From the NCBI GenBank assembly GCA_038087875.1, contig CM075992.1, positions 2,606,001-2,670,000 of the forward strand: DNA of 64,000 bases. The letters run 5' to 3'. The notes beneath the pieces were generated by a model. It ran no database searches. It worked only from the letters and a program-made list of their open reading frames with translations, and was not told where the DNA came from. The first letter of the stretch is position 1. Each line of letters opens with the position of its first letter. Shown piece by piece: positions 34,585 to 64,000 of this stretch. Position numbers and translations under genes: made by a program. This DNA is from Malacoraja senta. Its lineage: Eukaryota.

Positions 34585-35182
34585 TAGCTCAGTGGGTCAG
34601 GCAGCAGCTCTGGAAGACATGGGTAGATGACATTTTGGGTCGGGATCCTTCTCCAGACTAATTGTAGGTGAGGGGGGGGGGGGGGGGGGGGGGGTTAATT
34701 GGCAAACGGGTGGACAAAGGCCAGAGATGAAAATAAGATAAAAGGCTGTCAGACAAGGAGAGAAGAGGCATGAAATGTGATGCCGGAGGAAAGGAAATAA
34801 GTGGAAGTGGATGGGGGAAATGGGAAGGGGAAAGGGGGACAGATAGTGAGCGGAATGGGTGAGCATCCAACAGGGGCATGGGGTAGAGAAGGGTGGAAAA
34901 AAGTGAGGGAGAGGGGTTGATACTTAAAATTGGAGAGTTCGATGTTCATACCATTGGGTTGTAAGCTACCCAGGGAATATATAAGGTCTGAAGAAGGGTC
35001 TCGACCCGAAACGTCACCCATTCCTTCTCTCCAGAGACGCTGCCTGTCCCGCTGAGTTATTCCAGCATTTTGTGTCTATCTTCGGTTTAACCAGCATTTG
35101 CTGTTCCTTCCTACACAATATAAGGTGCTGCTTCCTCCAGTTTGCGTGTGGCCTCACTTTGGTCATGGAGGATACCAGGACA
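34585..35182 (-). mobile_element. Penelope-like element 3' end interrupted by a short repeat of the same family (34988-35117)
   Basis: Minus strand reads ...QSEATRKLEE(fs)QHL|IYSLGSLQPNGMNIELSNFK, typical of the Penelope GIY-YIG C-terminus. The insert is flanked by ATATAAGGT (34979-34987, 35118-35126). Confidence 0.75.
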
Positions 35183-36084
35183 AAGGTCGAATTGGGGAGA
35201 TCAAATGGTCTAGCAGGCCAACAATAACCAGCTCTTTATTTTGATGGCCGCAGTTGTGGAATTAATGTAGTCCTGTGCATCATAATGACTTGGAGTCCTT
35301 GAAATTGTTTTCATGTCTTCTTTGAATTGGATCTTATCCAAAATGTTTGCCAATCCCTTAGCGATGCCCTCATTACATCGTAGTGTTTTGGCTGTGTGAT
35401 GCACCATTGCACCTACAATTAAATATTAGCTTGCACGCTTTGCTCAGATTCATGCATACAGCTAAATCCAGGCAACATTGTCACTTACTGAGCCAAGGCC
35501 AGTAGTTACCAGTTTGTTTTCAAATGGTGTGTGTGGGTGTATCTATAATTCTATATAATCTATAATATATATATATAATCTAGATATTTATATATGTATT
35601 TGTGGGTATGTGTATATATATACACACACTATACATTTTTTCCCCTTGTTTATTATATTAGTTTAGTTTAGTATAGAGATACAGGGCTGAAATGGCCCTA
35701 AGGCTCGCCGAGTCTACGCCGACTAGCGATCCCTGCACATTAACACTATCCTACACATACTAGGGACAATTTACAATTTTACCGAAGCAAATTCACCTAC
35801 AAGCCTGTACGTCTTTGAAGTGTGGGAGGAAACTGAAGATCTCGTAGAAAACCCACGCAGGTCACGGGGTGAACGGACAAACTCCGTACAGGCAAGCACT
35901 CGTAGTTGGGATAGAACACGGGTCTACTGGCGCTGTAAGCGCTGTAAGGCAGCAACTCTACCGCTGCACCACCGTGCCGCCCTCTCCGGATCTCCTGTAT
36001 TGTTTACAGTGTACTATGTTTACATATTTTGTTGCGTTGCTGCAAGCAAGAATTTCATTGTTCTATCTGGGACATATGACAATA

Positions 36085-36555
36085 AAATATACAATAGGTG
36101 CAGGAGTAGGCCATTTGGCCCTTCGAGCCAGCACCGCCATTCAATGTGATCATGGCTGATCATCCCCAATCAGTACCCCGTTCTTGCCTTCTCCCCAGAT
36201 CCCCTGAGTCCGCTATTTTTAAGAGCCCTATCTAGCTCTCTTGAAAGCATCCAGCGCCCTCTGAGGCAGAGAATTCCACAGACTCGCCACTCTCTGTGAG
36301 AAAAAGTGTTTCCTCGTTTCCGTTCTAAATGGCTTACCCCTTATTCTTAAACTCTGGCCCTTGGTTCTGGACTCCCCCAACATCGGGAACATGTTTCCTG
36401 CCTCCAGCGTGTCCAAGCCCTTAACAATCTTATATGTTTCAATGAGATATCCTCTCATCCTTCTAAACTCCAGAGTGTACAAGCCCAGCTGCTCCATTCT
36501 CTCAGCATATGACAGTCCCGCCATCCCGGGAATTAACCTTGTAAACCTACGCTGA
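36085..36555 (-). mobile_element. CR1/HER1-like LINE 3' fragment ending about 50 bp before the TYK2 start exon
   Basis: [16 protein letters not shown]...EFRRMRGYLIETYKI...LWNSLPQ. Confidence 0.88.
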
Positions 36556-36633
36556 CTTGACTCTTGAAATCTGATCTGTGCATTTGTTTTTCCCTCTCCA
36601 CCACAGACTGGCTGTTGATGTCGAGTCGTGAAC

Positions 36634-63057
<26,424 letters not shown>

Positions 63058-63231
63058 TAACTGAAGCACTAGCTGGCCACGGTAAAGCAGGAAAGGGAAG
63101 TTAGGCTTTAACTTAAGTTTTAACTTTAAGCCTGACGAAGGGTTTCGGCCCGAAATGTCACCTATTTCCTTCGCTCCATAGATGCTGCCGCACCAGCTGA
63201 GTTTCTCCAGCACTTTTGTCTACCTTCGATT

Positions 63232-63431
63232 NNNNNNNNNNNNNNNNNNNNNNNNNNNNNNNNNNNNNNNNNNNNNNNNNNNNNNNNNNNNNNNNNNNNN
63301 NNNNNNNNNNNNNNNNNNNNNNNNNNNNNNNNNNNNNNNNNNNNNNNNNNNNNNNNNNNNNNNNNNNNNNNNNNNNNNNNNNNNNNNNNNNNNNNNNNNN
63401 NNNNNNNNNNNNNNNNNNNNNNNNNNNNNNN
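63232..63431. other. Assembly gap (200 N)
   Basis: Run of N. Confidence 1.
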
Positions 63432-64000
63432 GCGGTGAGTTTCTTTACCTTTGATCTCCGCTGTTGTGGTTGATGCCCGTTCTGAATAAGCTCCTGTCTC
63501 ACGGGTCAAGTTACTGTGAGGTTGGTATGCTTGCCTCATTCACAGCAGATGTCTGGTTACTGGGCAGAGTGATTCTGAAATCAGTGTTTCTGAGCTAGAT
63601 TCGATCTGGGGCATAAAATAATACACAAAGGAACAGGCCCTTCAGCCCACAATCTCACACCGAACACAATACCACGGTAAACTAATCTGCCTGCATATCC
63701 CTCCATTCCCTGCGTATACATGTTCCTATCTAAAAGCATTGTAAATGCCACTATCGTATCCGCTTAACCCCACAACGCTGGCAGTGCCTTCCAGACACCC
63801 GCCACCCTCTGAACAAAATACTTGCCTTGCCCATCTCCTTTAAACTTTCCCCATCTCACCTCTTTCCCCAGCTCTCCCCGCCCATCCCTGGGACAATCCG
63901 ATCACCTCTCACTGTTTATACTGCCTGCATACAAACCTCTCATCCGCAAGATCAAACCTGCAATAAGGACGGTCAAAATATGGCCCGAGGACGCCACCCT

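Overview
Eukaryotic (vertebrate) genomic DNA. The repeat content (HE1-like V-SINEs, HER1/CR1 LINEs, Rex1, Penelope-like elements) points to a cartilaginous fish, probably a skate or ray; this is inference. Three spliced genes were reconstructed by hand with GT-AG introns and consistent phases. (1) Five internal exons of CCDC159 on + (1681-4167), with its 5' part outside the window and its 3' end unresolved. (2) A complete ATG4D on - (10 coding exons, 25850 to 16434, 502 aa), probably with a long 3' UTR reaching about 10.9 kb. (3) The FERM-SH2-pseudokinase part of TYK2 on + (15 coding exons, 36634-62985, 821 codons), which runs on past the window. ATG4D and TYK2 are head-to-head around a 200-N gap that covers the probable shared promoter. 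Introns are dense with retroelements. The most notable non-gene signals are: a family of short Penelope-derived repeats carrying a minimal hammerhead-ribozyme motif and inserting as TSD-flanked palindromes, with one tandem pair; a young 398-bp DNA transposon with an 8-bp TSD and a perfect internal hairpin; convergent poly(A) signals; and GAS/AP-1 and ZNF143-type motifs beside the gap. No database searches were run.
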